DNA of 64,000 nt from Octopus sinensis (Eukaryota), in assembly GCF_006345805.1 (NCBI RefSeq), contig NC_043009.1, positions 44,206,001 through 44,270,000 of the forward strand, written 5' to 3'. Every line of letters starts with the position of its first letter. Positions within the stretch are counted from its first letter, which is position 1. Below the pieces are notes generated by a model that saw only the letters and a program-made list of their open reading frames with translations, made no database searches and was not told the DNA's origin. A program made the translations under genes and the position numbers. Shown piece by piece: positions 13,183-26,151 of this stretch.

Positions 13183-14257
13183 GTTTGTAAACTGGATTAT
13201 CATTTGTTATTGGTTATGTAGCAATCTTCAGACATCATCTGTTATTCTACCTTTATTGCAATGCCAAAGCAGATAATGGAGCACAATGTAGTTCTGTGTC
13301 ATGTGGAATTCTGTCAAACCATCTAATCCCTGCCAGCAAGGAAGAGGGAAGTTAAAAGGATACTGATTTTTATAAACCAAGTTGCACTCATGATTGCTAG
13401 ATCATGGGTTCAATTCCCTGACTGGACATTACGTTGTGTTCTTGAGCATAACACTTCATTTCACATTGCTCCAGTCCCATTTTTGATCAGTGGGAATTGT
13501 TGGCATGCTTGCCTAGCCAGCAGGGTGGCGTCATTTGAAGGCGAAAACAATGCAAAAGTGCATTGTGATCAGTGGTGTATAACATCTGATAGCCTGGTCA
13601 GTCATATGATCACATGGCATGTGGCATATATATTGTGTGCGCGTGCGTGCATGCATGCATGTGTGTATATATTTTTGTTTTTTGTGTCTTTTTTTTATGC
13701 TGGCAAAGGTAAGATGGTTTAACTGGGATTAGTATGTCAAAAAGCTGGATCTGTAATCTGTTTTGGCTTGGTTTCTATGGTTGAATGCTCTTCCTAATGC
13801 CAACCACTTCACAAATTGCTCTGGGTGTCTTTGGCATGTCACCAGCATGGATACCTTTTTTTTATATTTATATGTATATATATATATATTTATATACACA
13901 CACAACATGTGTGTGTTTCCTTATCTTGACATCACATGCTAGTTGTAAATGAATGTCAGTCACACAAGCAATCTCATTCATTTGCAATCTTCTGTCAAAA
14001 GACATGTCCAGCTTTTGTGGTGTTCTGGCAACAAGAAGGCATCTGGCCATAGAAAATTTTCCTCTGAATTTTGCTTGACCCCTGCATGTATGGAAAAGTA
14101 GACATTAAAATGTGATGATGTTAAATCAAAAATAGAGGGGGAAAAAATAATGATTACTTGTTTATTTCCAGGTGCTTTTGGTATCTTTCAGTGAATAATA
14201 ACATTGTTTAAATTGGTCACATATTGATGAATTTAAGCCTTACTATACTGAGGTATT

Positions 14258-14569
14258 CTCTTGAGCAGGGGTTCTCAACTATTTTTTATTTATGGTCTCC
14301 CTTTGGTTATTATTTTATTCTGGTGGATCCCCATAGGCATTTGATGTTTAAAAGCTAATTTTATAGAATGTTATTAATGTTTGCACATATTAATTTGTGT
14401 AGGTTGAACTATGTAAAATGTTAGAGAAAGAATCCTAGCTGTTTCTTGCTATACATACCAATACCTATGCCAAAAGCAAAATTTTTTCAGGGGCCCTTAA
14501 AATACCATTGTGGATCCCTGATTTACTATTTTGTTGTGTGGACCCTGGTTGAGAATCTCTACTCTTGAG
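14258..14569. mobile_element. hAT (Charlie-like) MITE with 8-bp TSD
   Basis: TSD CTCTTGAG at 14258-14265 and 14562-14569; TIRs caggggttctcaac / gttgagaatctcta. Confidence 0.8.
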
Positions 14570-14718
14570 CATGTTACATAACTGTGATCCAGTTTACCTA
14601 ACATAAAACAAGTTCATCTCCTTCTACTTTGCTTTGAGTGATGATCAGTAAGATGTGGACATTTGTCTGTCAAAACAGTTTTATTTTATTTATTGTATTT
14701 AAAATTTTTCTTTTGAAG

Positions 14719-14879
14719 GTTGCTTTGATCTTGACCCCAATAGAGTGCTCGATATACTGCTGGAATCGTTTGAGTGCCGTCCTGAGAATGAGCAATTTTT
14801 CATTGCTTTGTTTACGCTGTACATGAGTGAACAGAAGACTTTGTGTCATGTACTCGGGTTCAAATTTCATTTTTATCAG
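14719..14879 (+). CDS. THOC2: THOC2 exon: [53 protein letters not shown]
   Basis: AG acceptor, CAG|GTAATA donor, DPNRVLD and LGFKF motifs. Confidence 0.97.
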
Positions 14880-14965
14880 GTAATATAGCTTCACAATCCT
14901 TCTCTTGTGTGCATAAATATTGATGTCTAACATAGGTGCAGTAGCTCAAATTTTAGGGGGTTGTG

Positions 14966-15415
14966 TATTCACTAATATTGGCTTCAAGTTTTGGCACAGG
15001 GCCAGCAATTTTGTGAGAGGGGTAAGGTGATTACATTGACCCCAGTACTCAAATAGTACTTATTTTATAAACCCTGAAAAGATAAAAGGTGAAGTCAACC
15101 CTGGCAGAATTCAAACTCGGAACATAAGGACAGACAAAATGCTGTTAAGCATTTTGTCCAGTGTGCTAATGATTCTGCCATCTCACCACCTTATATTCTC
15201 TAATATTGGATTCAAATTTTGGCATAAGGCCAGCAATTTCAGAAGAGGGGGCTAAATTCATTAAATTGACTCCAATGCTCAAATGATACTTATTTTATTG
15301 ATCACAAAAGGATGAAAGGCAAAGGTCAGCCCCAGCAGAATTTGAACCTAGAACATAAAGATGGATGACTTGCTAACGATTCTGCCAGCTCACTGCCTTA
15401 TATTCACTAATATTG
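14966..15415 (-). mobile_element. Tandem pair of antisense third-family SINEs separated by a 15-mer present three times
   Basis: TATTC(A/T)CTAATATTG at 14966-14980, 15194-15208 and 15401-15415 brackets two diverged copies. Confidence 0.75.
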
Positions 15416-16292
15416 ACCACAGTTTATTACTGCTACAGTCTTTATTGATTCCTGAAAGGCTAATAGACAAAGTCACCTTTGGTGGGATTTGAACTCAGAA
15501 GCTAACTAAACACTGCAAAACATTTTGTCCATTAGTCTAGTGATTCTGTCAATTCGCTCCCACCCCTCACTTTTGTATGCTTAGATATTGATGAGAAACA
15601 TGTGTTAGTTTCTGCAAATGGCTTGGATTCTTAAAGCAAGAAATGGAAAAATTATGAAACTATATTTTTATATATGATTAAGAAGCTCATTTTGCAATGT
15701 GGTGGTTTTGGATTAAGTCCCACTACACAACACCTTGACAATCTCAGGCTGACCAATGCCTCATAGATGAAAACTGTAGAAGAATGTCTGTTTGTGTGTC
15801 TGTCATCTCCCTACTACTAACTGACAGCTGGTGTTGGTTTGTTTATGTCCTTAGTAGTTCAGCGAAAGGGTCTGATAGAATAAGTACCAGACTTAAAACA
15901 ACATAAGTACTGGAGTCAGTTTGATTAAAACCCTTCAAGGTTCTATATCTAAGTATAGAAGTCAAATTTGATTAATTAACTGAATAAATCAAGGATTGTC
16001 TAACTTCAAATGATAATCCTTGGTAACATGAAGGAAATATTTAGAGGCTATCATCACATCAATATTTTTTTTAGCTGTTGTTGTTAAGCCCTAGGTCAGC
16101 CTCGGCAGATCAAACATGCTCCACCCATGACCATCTCATATCTTTGTATATCAAAGACTATATTGTCTAACATAAGTTTTGTTTTTGAGACGTGATGCTT
16201 TTCTAGCAGTATTTATAAGTATTTGAAAAGGGTGGTTGTGTGAAGTACATGTATTGGTTATGATTTTAAAATATCTCTCTTTATTTTTGCAG

Positions 16293-16385
16293 TCTGCTGC
16301 TGAAGATAGTCCAGATTCTTTGTATAAAGTTGCAGCACTTTTACTAAAACATAACCTGATAGAACTGGATGACTTATATCCACAT
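16293..16385 (+). CDS. THOC2: THOC2 exon: SAAEDSPDSLYKVAALLLKHNLIELDDLYPH
   Basis: tgcag acceptor, GTAAGT donor, 93 nt. Matches human [26 protein letters not shown]. Confidence 0.96.
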
Positions 16386-16430
16386 GTAAGTACATATATA
16401 TTCCTTTATCTTTTTTTAGTTTAAAATTTT

Positions 16431-16786
16431 ATTCTTGTTTCAGTCATTTGACTGCAGCCATGCTGGAGCAACGCCTCTAGTTGAAGAAATCAACCTCAGG
16501 ACTTAATTCTTTGTGAGCCTAGTACTTATTCTATCGAGTATCTATTGGCAAACTGCTAAGTTATGGGGATGTAAACACACCAACATCAGTTGTCAGTCTG
16601 TGGTGGGGGACAAACACACACACACATATACGACTGGCATCTTTCAGTTTCCATCTACCAAATCCGCTCACAAGGCTTTGGTCAGCCCGATGCTATAGTA
16701 AAAGACACTTGTCCGAGGTGCCATGCAGTAGGACTGAACCAAGACCATGTGTTTGGGAAGCAAACTTCTTGCCACACCTGCACCTG
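16431..16786 (-). mobile_element. Antisense copy of the second SINE family
   Basis: Reverse complement aligns by eye along the length of the 17432-17840 copy. Confidence 0.82.
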
Positions 16787-17431
16787 TGTGTGTGTATATA
16801 TATACACACACACACACACATACATACATACATGTATACACACATATTTATGAATTTGTATTGCCGGATTCCTTATGTGAAGGAAAAATAACTGTATAAA
16901 GGCCATTGATACTCTCAAACACGCATGCAGTTACTTCACGGATAGCCGCAACAATATCCACAACACAGCTAACAACAATAGCAACAACAACAACATCTAC
17001 CATGATGGCATCAGTGTGGGCAAACACACACACAAACACAGTGAGTTACAAGAACAGTATGTAAAGTCGGGTTCAAGGGTAGCAGCATCGACAATAGGGT
17101 AGGGGACGGGGCTGAGGGGAGGGTCATAGTACTACTAAGAGCAATGACACACACACACACACAAACCCCGATGCATGCGCATATAAGGATACACATCTTA
17201 GGAGAATGGAATGGAATAAGCAGAGCAAGAGCATACACGCAGACAGAAGATGTCACTGAGGAGGTCACAGATGTGTGATGAAAGATGGACAATGGGCACG
17301 AGTTAGAATAAGAACAGTAATAAACGAGTGAAGATTGAATATACAGTGCATGTGTTTATTTGGCAAAAAAAGACAAAAATGACCATCTCGAAAGACATCA
17401 ATATATATATATGCAAAGGTGACATTAAAGT

Positions 17432-17593
17432 GCAGGAGTGGCTGTGTGGTAAGTAGCTTGCTAACCAACCACATGGTTCCGGGTTCAGTCCCACTGCGTG
17501 GCATCTTGGGCAAGTGTCTTCTGCTATAGCCCTGGGCCGACCAATGCCTTGTGAGTGGATTTGGTAGACGGAAACTGAAAGAAGCCTGTCGTA

Positions 17594-17642
<49 letters not shown>

Positions 17643-17840
17643 TTGTGTGTCTGTGTTTGTTCCCCTAGCATTGCGTGACAACCGATGCTGGTGTGTTTAC
17701 GTCACTTAGCGGTTCGACAAAAAGAGACCGATAGAATAAGTACTGGGCTTACAAAAAGAATAAGTCCCGGGGTCGAGTTGCTCGATTAAAGGTGGTGCTC
17801 CAGCATGGCCGCAGTCAAATGACTGAAACAAGTAAAAGAG
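17432..17840 (+). mobile_element. tRNA-derived SINE, second family (core-like cttgggcaagtgtctt, internal (TA)n(TG)n)
   Basis: A-box-like TGGCTGTGTGG, B-box-like GGTTCAGTCCC. Many diverged copies, e.g. near 2420, 9520, 15690, 34495, 37060 (+) and 16431, 32030, 42170, 45860 (-). Confidence 0.85.
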
Positions 17841-18984
17841 TATATACACACATGGTTCTATATATTTTTTTTATACATTAGTCATCTTTCTTCTGTCATA
17901 ATTTTTAAATCATTTTATTCATCTTATTGGTTGTTGAAAATTTCACTAAAAGGATACAGGCACAACAGTGTGGTCAAGAAGTTTGCTTTGCAACTATGTG
18001 GCTTCAGTTTCAGTCGCACTGCACAGTACTTTGGGCAGATGTTTTCTACTTTAGCCCCACACTGACTGAAGCCTTGTGAGTGAATTTGGTAGACAGAAAC
18101 TGAAATATATCTTATCGAGTGTGTGTTTTGACATTATGTAGTAATTGTAGATGAATGTCATTTGTGTGTACAACCTTCTATGAAAACCTAGAGAAAATAT
18201 TACCTTGTTTGGAAACATGTTAAGGCTGGCCACAGGAAGAGCATCAAACCATAGAAAATCCGACTCAATGAATTCTATCTTAGCCATGCAAAGGTGCAGA
18301 TACATACATGCATACAGACATTTGTGTATTGTGGTATCCTTGTCTTGATTTCACTGTGATGGTGCGTGGCTAAGTGGTTAGGGTATTTGGCTCAAGATTT
18401 GTAAGGTGAGTTCAATTCCTGGTGATGTGTTGTGTCCTTGAGCAAGACACTTTATTTCATGTTGCTGTAGTTCACTCAGCTGGCAAAAAGGAGTTGTACA
18501 AGCCATGTCACACTCCGTGTCATGCTGAATCTCCCTGAGAAGTATGTTAAGGGTACATGTGTCTGTGGAGTGCTCAGCCACTTGAAGGTTGTTCTGTTGA
18601 TTGGATTAATTGGAATCCTTGTCATCATAACCGACAGAGCGCTAGTTTTGATTTCACCAGATACTTGTAACAGATGCCACTGTTGAATGAATGGTGCTTG
18701 CAATCCTCCATGAAAGCATGTCTGGACTTGGGAGAATATTACCTTACTTAAAAACTATGTAAGGGTTGGTGACAGGAAGAGCATCCAGCCACAGAAAAAT
18801 CTGCCTCAGCTTTAACTTGGTCTAACTCAATGCAAACATGGGAAAGCAAATGTCAAAATGAAATGACGATATTGGTAATTTTTGAAAAGAAACAGAAAAT
18901 AAGAAGGAAAATGACTTTTTATCTGTTTTATTGAAATGTTTAAATTCGGCAAATAACAGATTAATTTGAATGCATCTTTTGCAG

Positions 18985-19134
18985 TTATGTCCTGCTGATA
19001 CTAGCATCATTGAGTATCACCAACGTATCTTACTGGAGGCTAAACAACTAGCTCGCAAGCTTAGCATAGTTTGTGTGTCAGACAAAGCCAATGAGAAGGA
19101 CAAAGAAAATGATAACGATGCTAAAATCAATCTC
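18985..19134 (+). CDS. THOC2: THOC2 exon: LCPADTSIIEYHQRILLEAKQLARKLSIVCVSDKANEKDKENDNDAKINL
   Basis: tgcag acceptor, GTAAGT donor, 150 nt, EAKQ.ARKL motif. Confidence 0.95.
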
Positions 19135-19247
19135 GTAAGTATAAAATTTGGAAGTATATTTTAAAGAAATCCCTTTCTATTATTATTTAACAATAGTTTC
19201 TGTTGTTAATTTGATGTTAATTTCTTGTTTTGTTTCATTTCTTTTAG

Positions 19248-19420
19248 CAAGACAGCAATCAGAAACTCGGCTTGTGCAAAGCCTTGCTAAGTGTTGGAGA
19301 TTGGCTACATGCTAAAGCTATTATGGATAGACTCCCTGATTACTTTGCCACTTCTCATAAACCAACAGCTCAAGCCTTGTGTGCTTTAATCCATTCGCTA
19401 ATTGAACCTATATACAGGGA
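19248..19420 (+). CDS. THOC2: THOC2 exon: [57 protein letters not shown]
   Basis: tttag acceptor, GTAAGT donor, NQKLGL..ALL..GDW motif. Confidence 0.96.
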
Positions 19421-20683
19421 GTAAGTTATGTCTATTTTATTCTTTCAATCACTATGCATTAATTTATCTTTTAGTTATCAATTTATCATTGGTTTCAAAT
19501 TTTGGCATATGACCATCATTTTTTTTTTTGGTGGGGGGCAGAATAAGTTGATTATATAAACTCCAATGCTCCACTGGTACTTATTTTTATCAACCCTGAA
19601 AGGATGAAAAGCAAAGTTGATCTTGATGGCATTTGAACTCAGAACATAAAGAGCTGGAAGAAATGCCACTAAGTATTTTATCCATTGCAGTAACAATTCT
19701 GCCAGCTTGCTGCCTTTCAATTTATCATTAACATCTCATAAACCTACAGTTCAATTGCTGAGTGCTTTAACTATTTTAGTACCAACTTGCATGAGACTGC
19801 CCCTGATTCTATAATACCAACATTTCAGATATCAACTGTTTCAAAGTGTTCTAAATTAAAAAAGAATCTTCCAACAAAATTTCATGTTAATTTATGTTCC
19901 AAATACCAGCTTAATAATGACAAAGTTCTAATAATTTCTTTAGTATTTTCAAAATAATGTGTAAAAAGTTAGTGTATTTTAACGAAATAATGTCTCCCTC
20001 TTCTCTCAGTTTTCTCTCTCCCTGAGTTTGTTTTTTCTTTCTCACACAACTGGGTGGGAAGAGAACCCAGACAAAAGAGTGGAAGAACAAGTGAGGGAGT
20101 TATAGTTACGTAATTGTAAGGAGATTCTATAGAAACATCATGCCCAAGAGGATGATTAAAGAAGCAGAGAGCGGGAGAGTTATATTATGAGTGGTGACAA
20201 GGAGATGAATAAAAATAACCTGAGCATTGTGCTAGTGGAAGAGATAAAAACTAATGTGGTGGTGAATAATGGATACTATGAAAATGGGTGATCATGAGTA
20301 AGTGAGAGTGGTGGCTATGAATAAGTGATAGGGGAGGCCATCACAGTTTGAATCCTTATTTGAAGTTATTTCTCTTCCAGTTTGGGCATAGTTTTTTCTA
20401 TCACCAGTCACTTTATTGTGGCACCAGCACTAGAGATGTTATCTTGTCTCCAGCAAGATTAGCAAGTTCTCTCTACTGTACATTGTCTCTATTTGTTTAC
20501 TAGAGGGTTGTCTTGTCCTTAAAAGAATTCCTTCAACTTGTCTTTATTTGCTCATTCCTTTCTTTCCCACATAACAAAGTAGTTGGACAATTTTTTTAAA
20601 TGAATTCATGACTATGCAAATCTCTAAAATTTGAAATTTCATCTTGTAATTAATAATTTTTTTTTGTCATATTTTCTTCTTAG

Positions 20684-20876
20684 AAACACTGGTTTTCCTG
20701 CTGCAGTTTTGAAAAGGAAATCAAAAGACAAAATCCAAAATTTGGAAAGAGCTGGTTCTTTCCTAAAACTACACGAAGATGTTTTTCCAATGTTGACTTA
20801 TCTTGGTCCACATGCTTCATATGACGTCATTCTTTTGGTGAAATTTATTCGAATTGGGAAAAGTTTTATGATTAAA
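20684..20876 (+). CDS. THOC2: THOC2 exon: NTGFPAAVLKRKSKDKIQNLERAGSFLKLHEDVFPMLTYLGPHASYDVILLVKFIRIGKSFMIK
   Basis: cttag acceptor, GTATGT donor, YLGPH and RIGKSFM motifs. Confidence 0.96.
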
Positions 20877-21159
20877 GTATGTATTATTCCTCTTCTATTA
20901 TATTTCTATTTCAGTTATTAATAAATAGAAATTAATTTGATAACATTATTACCATCATTACCCTACTACCATTTATCATAAACAGTTAAGCTTAGTCATC
21001 TCCTTCACAAAGCTCAATGTCTTAACATCAGCCATCTGTCTGTCCGCCCACCCATCCTTCAGTCCCTCATTTTGTTTTTGTTTTTCTTTATTTTTTCACA
21101 CACACACACTTTCCCCCCCCCTCTCTCTCATAATTAACACGACAACCTTCTGGTTTCAG

Positions 21160-21320
21160 CGTCAAGAACGGAAAATTAAGCCAGAAGATGATGTCACATT
21201 TTATGGGTTTCTAACCATATTGGATGAAGTGCTACTACCTAGTTTGACATTACTTCCTTGTAACTGTTGCCTCTCAGAAGAGCTTTGGAGTTTTCTTAAG
21301 CTATTCCCCTATGAACTCAG
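21160..21320 (+). CDS. THOC2: THOC2 exon: RQERKIKPEDDVTFYGFLTILDEVLLPSLTLLPCNCCLSEELWSFLKLFPYELR
   Basis: ttcag acceptor, AG|GTAAGT donor, VLLPSL..CN...SEELW motif. Confidence 0.96.
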
Positions 21321-21904
21321 GTAAGTTTTGTATTTCATTAAACTGTTTTCTTCCTGTTTTAAAATCAGGTATTAAAGTGCTGGTCTTCAATAGTATACTG
21401 CCAAAAATTTATAAATGAAAATTATTGCCATTTGCTCTGAGAGTCAAAATTGATGTAAAGCAGTAGAGTTACTTCTAAAAACCATCATCATCATTTTGAT
21501 ATCCACTTTTCCATGCTTGCATAGGTTGCACCTAGTTTTATTGAGGCAGATTTTCTATGGCCAGATGCCCTTCCTGTCACCAACCCACACAAGTTTTCAT
21601 AGAATATTGAAAATGAATTATACTGCTTGTATGACAGTGACACTCCTTTACAATTATTACACACTGTCAAGAAAAGTAGACACAAGCATACACACACTTG
21701 CACACTTATATACCTATGTGTATACCAAATACACTCACTTGTTTTGTCAGCTCAGAAAACAATTGCCCCAAGTACCATGCAGTGGGATTGAGCCTGAAAT
21801 CATGTGGTTGGAGAGCAAACTTCTGAACCACACAGCTATGCTTGTGCTACTTCCCCATTGCCTGTCCCTTCTAAAAATACTAATTTGTAATTTATTGAAT
21901 TTAA

Positions 21905-22145
21905 GCACGTAAAAAGCACCATCCGTCCGTGGCCGTTTGCCAGCTCCGTCTGGCACCTGTGCCGGTGGCACGTAAAAAGCACCCACTACACTCACGGAGT
22001 GGTTGGTGTTAGGAAGGACATCCAGCCATAGAAACATTGCCAGATCAGACTGGGCCTGGTGCAGCCTTCTGGCTTCCCAGACCCCAGTTGAACCGTCCAA
22101 CCCATGCTAGCATGGAAAGCGGATGCTAAATGATGATGATGATGA
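21905..22145 (+). mobile_element. Short RTE 3'-UTR copy
   Basis: gcacgtaaaaagcacc modules, aggaaggacatccagcc, (GAT)n tail. Similar copies at about 335-503, 29094-29256, 51072-51340 (+) and 1610-1912, 46203-46447 (-). Confidence 0.85.
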
Positions 22146-22636
22146 GGCACATTGCTGTACTCAAGAAGATCCGCTCACCACAACAGAATTGATATCCTAA
22201 AACCAAGGTGCCACATAAAAGCAATGGTGTTGCAGCTGGTATCACATGAAAAGTACTAGTGTTAGTGACAACGTAAAAAGCACCCAGTACTCTCTGTAAA
22301 GTGGTTGATGTTAGGAAGTGCATCCAGCTATAGAAACGAAGCCACAATAGACAATTGGAATCTGGACAGCTCCCTGCTAGACAACTCCATGTCAAACTGT
22401 CCAACCCATGCCAGCATGGAAAAATCGATGTAAAAACAAATGAGCTGTAATTTTAGGCAGGGTGGAATTCAGTTATTTTTAATCAATTTCTAAATGGTTC
22501 TTTAAAATTTAAATTTGGTTAATTCTTCAGGATTTGCCTATCATTAATTATATTGATAATGTTATATTTGAGTGGTTCATAATTAAACCCAAATTATGTT
22601 TCGTTAATGATTGTCTGTTGGAATGTCTTTGTTCAG

Positions 22637-22738
22637 ATACCGTCTGTATGGACACTGGAAAAATGAAACATATACTTTACATGCGAAAATGATACATGCC
22701 AAAGTTAACTGTTTAGAAAGAGCCAAGTATATTATGAA
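22637..22738 (+). CDS. THOC2: THOC2 exon: [34 protein letters not shown]
   Basis: ttcag acceptor, GTAAGT donor, YRLYG.WKNETY and RAKYIMK motifs. Confidence 0.97.
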
Positions 22739-24974
22739 GTAAGTAAATTTTTTTGATCAGATAATTTCTTTTGTTTTCATGAAAATGACCAGATCTTTTT
22801 TTTTTTTTTTTTTTGGCCAGTTTGACCCTCTGGCATTTCAAATTACTCTGTTTTGAATTAATTGTATGTTATCCAGCAGCTTCAAAATTTTAATTATGTG
22901 AATATTTGTTTTTAGAATGACATTGCAGGGTAGGTGTGAAAGGCTGGATCAGGCCATTTTGAACATAGAATGTGTAGAATATTTAGGTTGGACATAGCCA
23001 GGTCAAATGCTAAAAGGTTAAATATAGTTTGTTTAATGACAAATACATAGTCCAACCACTCTCTCTCTCTCATGCTTCTTCTGTTTACTGCATCATCATT
23101 ATTGTTCTACTTCTCTTCACCCCATCATTGGTCACTCATCACCTCTATTCACCATTCACTACATCCAACGCCTCTCAATCTTATGCAATCTTGACAGTTG
23201 TCACCTACTTCTACTTATCATCCACTTCACATTTGTTTTTCATTCACCACCCTCCACCACCCACTTCCCATCTCTCACTCTCCCTTACACTCTTGAAACT
23301 TCTACTCCCCAACACATTCAATTCTGCTCTAATTTACTTCGGATCACTTGTTCCATAAGTGTCCGCAAAAACACCTCATCACTACTGTTTTATCTCTTCT
23401 CTGCTCCATCCCGATCACCCCCTTTCAAATGTGAATAGCAGTGTAGCCCCTCTATAGTAAGAAACCTGTTCTTCTCTGACCCCTTCTCTATACTTAACCC
23501 CTCATTGCTCTGTATAAAAATCACCTTACTCAGGGTTCGTAGTGTTGCAAACTGCATAGTTACCTCATTAGTGCTGACGACACAAAAAAAAGGTACCCCA
23601 TAAATGTTGTAAAGTGGTTGGCATAAGGAAGAGTATCCAGCTATAGAACCATGCCAAAGTAAACAGTGGAACATGATGCTGTCTTTGAACCCATTGGATC
23701 CTGTCAACCCATCTACCTCCTGCTAGCATAGAACATGAACATTAAATGATGATAATGACATAGTCATGGTTTAAATGTCTCTAAAACTTTCTAAACCTAC
23801 CTGATTAACGAGAAGAATAATTTGAACTGCTTATGTCAATGTGTTGAATGGCTATAAGAAATGCTCACAAGGTTATGTCTTGTTAGCTCAGACAAATGTG
23901 TTCTCTTAGTGGACAACCATGGACAGCTGTGAGTTTGAAGGCCAGTAGCTGTGTAGTAAGTGATGAGAAACTGGAAGTGAATCACAAATTTAACATTCCA
24001 GATACAATCTTTGGTGTTCGATCATTTACTGATATTGTGATGCGATAACCTAATTCACCAGTCTGGATATCGGTTCCAAATTGAAGGAAGCTCCCTTACT
24101 GGTTCACGTTCATATAGGTTGGTTAAAGTAGCAAGACTATACAACTAGTAATATATATTACCTTCTAGCAGTAGTTGTTGCATTGTTGCATCACAATCAT
24201 ATTTCACACTGGTGTCTGGACAGCTTTATGTCAAACCATCCAACCCATGCCAACATGGAAAGTAGACATTAAATAATGATGCTGTTTTGTTGAGGTTGGG
24301 GCTGTTTTGCAATGCAACAGTTTGATTGGAGTTTTTGCCTTTATTTATCCTTGTTGTCAACATTTGCTGTGACAGTAGTGCAGCTGGAACAATTTGTTAC
24401 TGATATTAAGTACTTGATGTTCTCTTGCCCTAATAAAAGTCTTCTAAAAAATTTTATCTTGTAACCCATTATATAAGATAAGATATGTGTAAAGGATAAA
24501 CATCCTTCTTGAGTCATATAGATCCAAAGGGCTGGTTTCCCAGTTTCTGTGGTGTGTATACTCCCCACCTGGATGGGACACGGGTCTGTTGCAGGATTAC
24601 TCACTTTTGACAGCTGAGTAGATTGGAGCAACATGAAACAAAGTAGTTTTGCTCAGGAACACAATGCATCACCTGGTCCAGGAATCAAAACCACAATCTT
24701 ACGATCATGAGTCCAACACCCTAACCACTAAGCCATGTGCCTCTACATTGTATAAACGGGTGTTTGTGTTGTCTCCTTACCATGATGTAATGTGATGATT
24801 GTAAATGAATGTCACTGTTATGCAAAGGGTTGCTTCGTTTCTGATCATCTGCGGAAACATGTCTGGCCATAGGGAGAAACTTACTTGGAAACAAGTGAGG
24901 GCTGGTAACAAGAACGCATCTTGCTGTAGAAAACCTGTCTCAACAAGTTCCATCCAAACATGGAATAGTGGATG

Positions 24975-25201
24975 TTAACCCTTTAGTGTTCAGATTATTC
25001 AATCAAACATAATGCCTATTGATTCCCATTGATTTGAATTAATCATGCATTAACTCATATCTTCAAGATCTTGATGGTGTAATTACTTAATGTAGAATAA
25101 CGTTGTAGGGTAGGTGTGAGAGCCTGGATCTGGTCTGTTTGAACATAAAACAGATTAGCTATTTTGGCCGGATATGGCCGGTTTAAATACTAAAGGGTTA
25201 A
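24975..25201. mobile_element. piggyBac-like MITE (TTAA TSD, CCCTTTAG termini)
   Basis: TTAA-CCCTTTAG...CTAAAGGG-TTAA, 219-bp body. Other copies at 48052-48277, 55533-55762, 55920-56139 and partial copies near 7330, 22820, 29550, 51660, 62870. Confidence 0.82.
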
Positions 25202-25266
25202 GTGATGATGATGTTGTTAAGAGCTTAATTTCTTTTTCACTTATTTTTTTCTTTCTTTCTTTATAG

Positions 25267-25351
25267 GCGACTTTCAAAAGAAAATGTGAAACCATCCGGA
25301 AGACAATTGGGTAAACTCAGCCACAGTAACCCTGGTGTTCTCTTTGAATAT
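25267..25351 (+). CDS. THOC2: THOC2 exon: [28 protein letters not shown]
   Basis: tatag acceptor, GTAAGT donor, near-identical to human [22 protein letters not shown]. Confidence 0.97.
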
Positions 25352-25623
25352 GTAAGTACTTTGGTGTCTTTTTTTGTTGCTGTTATTACTGTTATTAGTA
25401 AAGTGCTGTAAGACAGTGAGTTGGCAGAATCATTAGCAATCCAGGCAAAATGCTGAGTTGCATTTATTCTGCATTTATGTTCTGAGTTCAAATTCTGCCA
25501 AGGTTGACTTTGCCTTTCATCCTTTAGGGGTTGCTGAAATAAGTACTAGTTACACACTGGGGTCAGTGTAAGTGACTAGCCTCCTCCCCCAAAATTTCAG
25601 GCTTTATGTCTATAGTAGAAAAG

Positions 25624-25810
25624 ATTATTATTATTATTAATCATCATCATTATTATTATTATTATTATTATTGATCATCATTATTATTATTATTATTATT
25701 GATCATCATTATTATTATTATTATTAATCATCATTATTATTATTAATTATTATTATTATTATTATTATTGCTACTACTACAACTACTATTACTATTATTA
25801 TTATTATTAT
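25624..25810. repeat. Compound (ATT)n/(CAT)n microsatellite
   Basis: Direct reading: ATT runs interrupted by gatcatc/aatcatc units, lying between two third-family SINEs. Confidence 0.95.
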
Positions 25811-26151
25811 GAAGGCGGCGAACTGGCAGAATCATTAGCCCACTGGGCAAAATGCTTTGTGGTATTTTATCTGCTACTATGTTCTGAGTTCAAATTCTGC
25901 CAAGGTCAACTTTGCCTTTTATCCTTTCTGGGTCGATAAATTAAGCACCAGTTTTCAGTTTCTTATGTCAAGGTTTTCTCACTGGAAACTATACAGTTTT
26001 ATTTTTATATCTAAAGCTTCATATTTGTGGTAAATAACTTTTAATCTTGAAATGATTCTTCCATTAGTAAGTTGATAAAAATAAAAACCATATATATACT
26101 CTTAAATACATTCCATTCTTTACATATTCTTTATTGTTTGTTTTTATCCAG

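Noticed and set aside
14966-15415. CRISPR-like repeat-spacer pattern
   Set aside because: Eukaryotic intron; the spacers are homologous SINE copies and the repeats are TSD-like; no cas genes.
17265-17681. Overlapping 138-aa and 122-aa minus-strand ORFs
   Set aside because: Antisense reading of a SINE and its microsatellite; the same pseudo-peptides recur at other copies.
21747-22100. Recurring MDGSTGVWEA... ORFs (also 254-463, 46251-46517, 50979-51296)
   Set aside because: Antisense translation of the RTE 3' UTR repeat, not a gene family.
23960-24033. C/D-box snoRNA candidate (GTGATGA...CTGA)
   Set aside because: Only a weak wobble-rich terminal stem and no rRNA complementarity that I could recognise.
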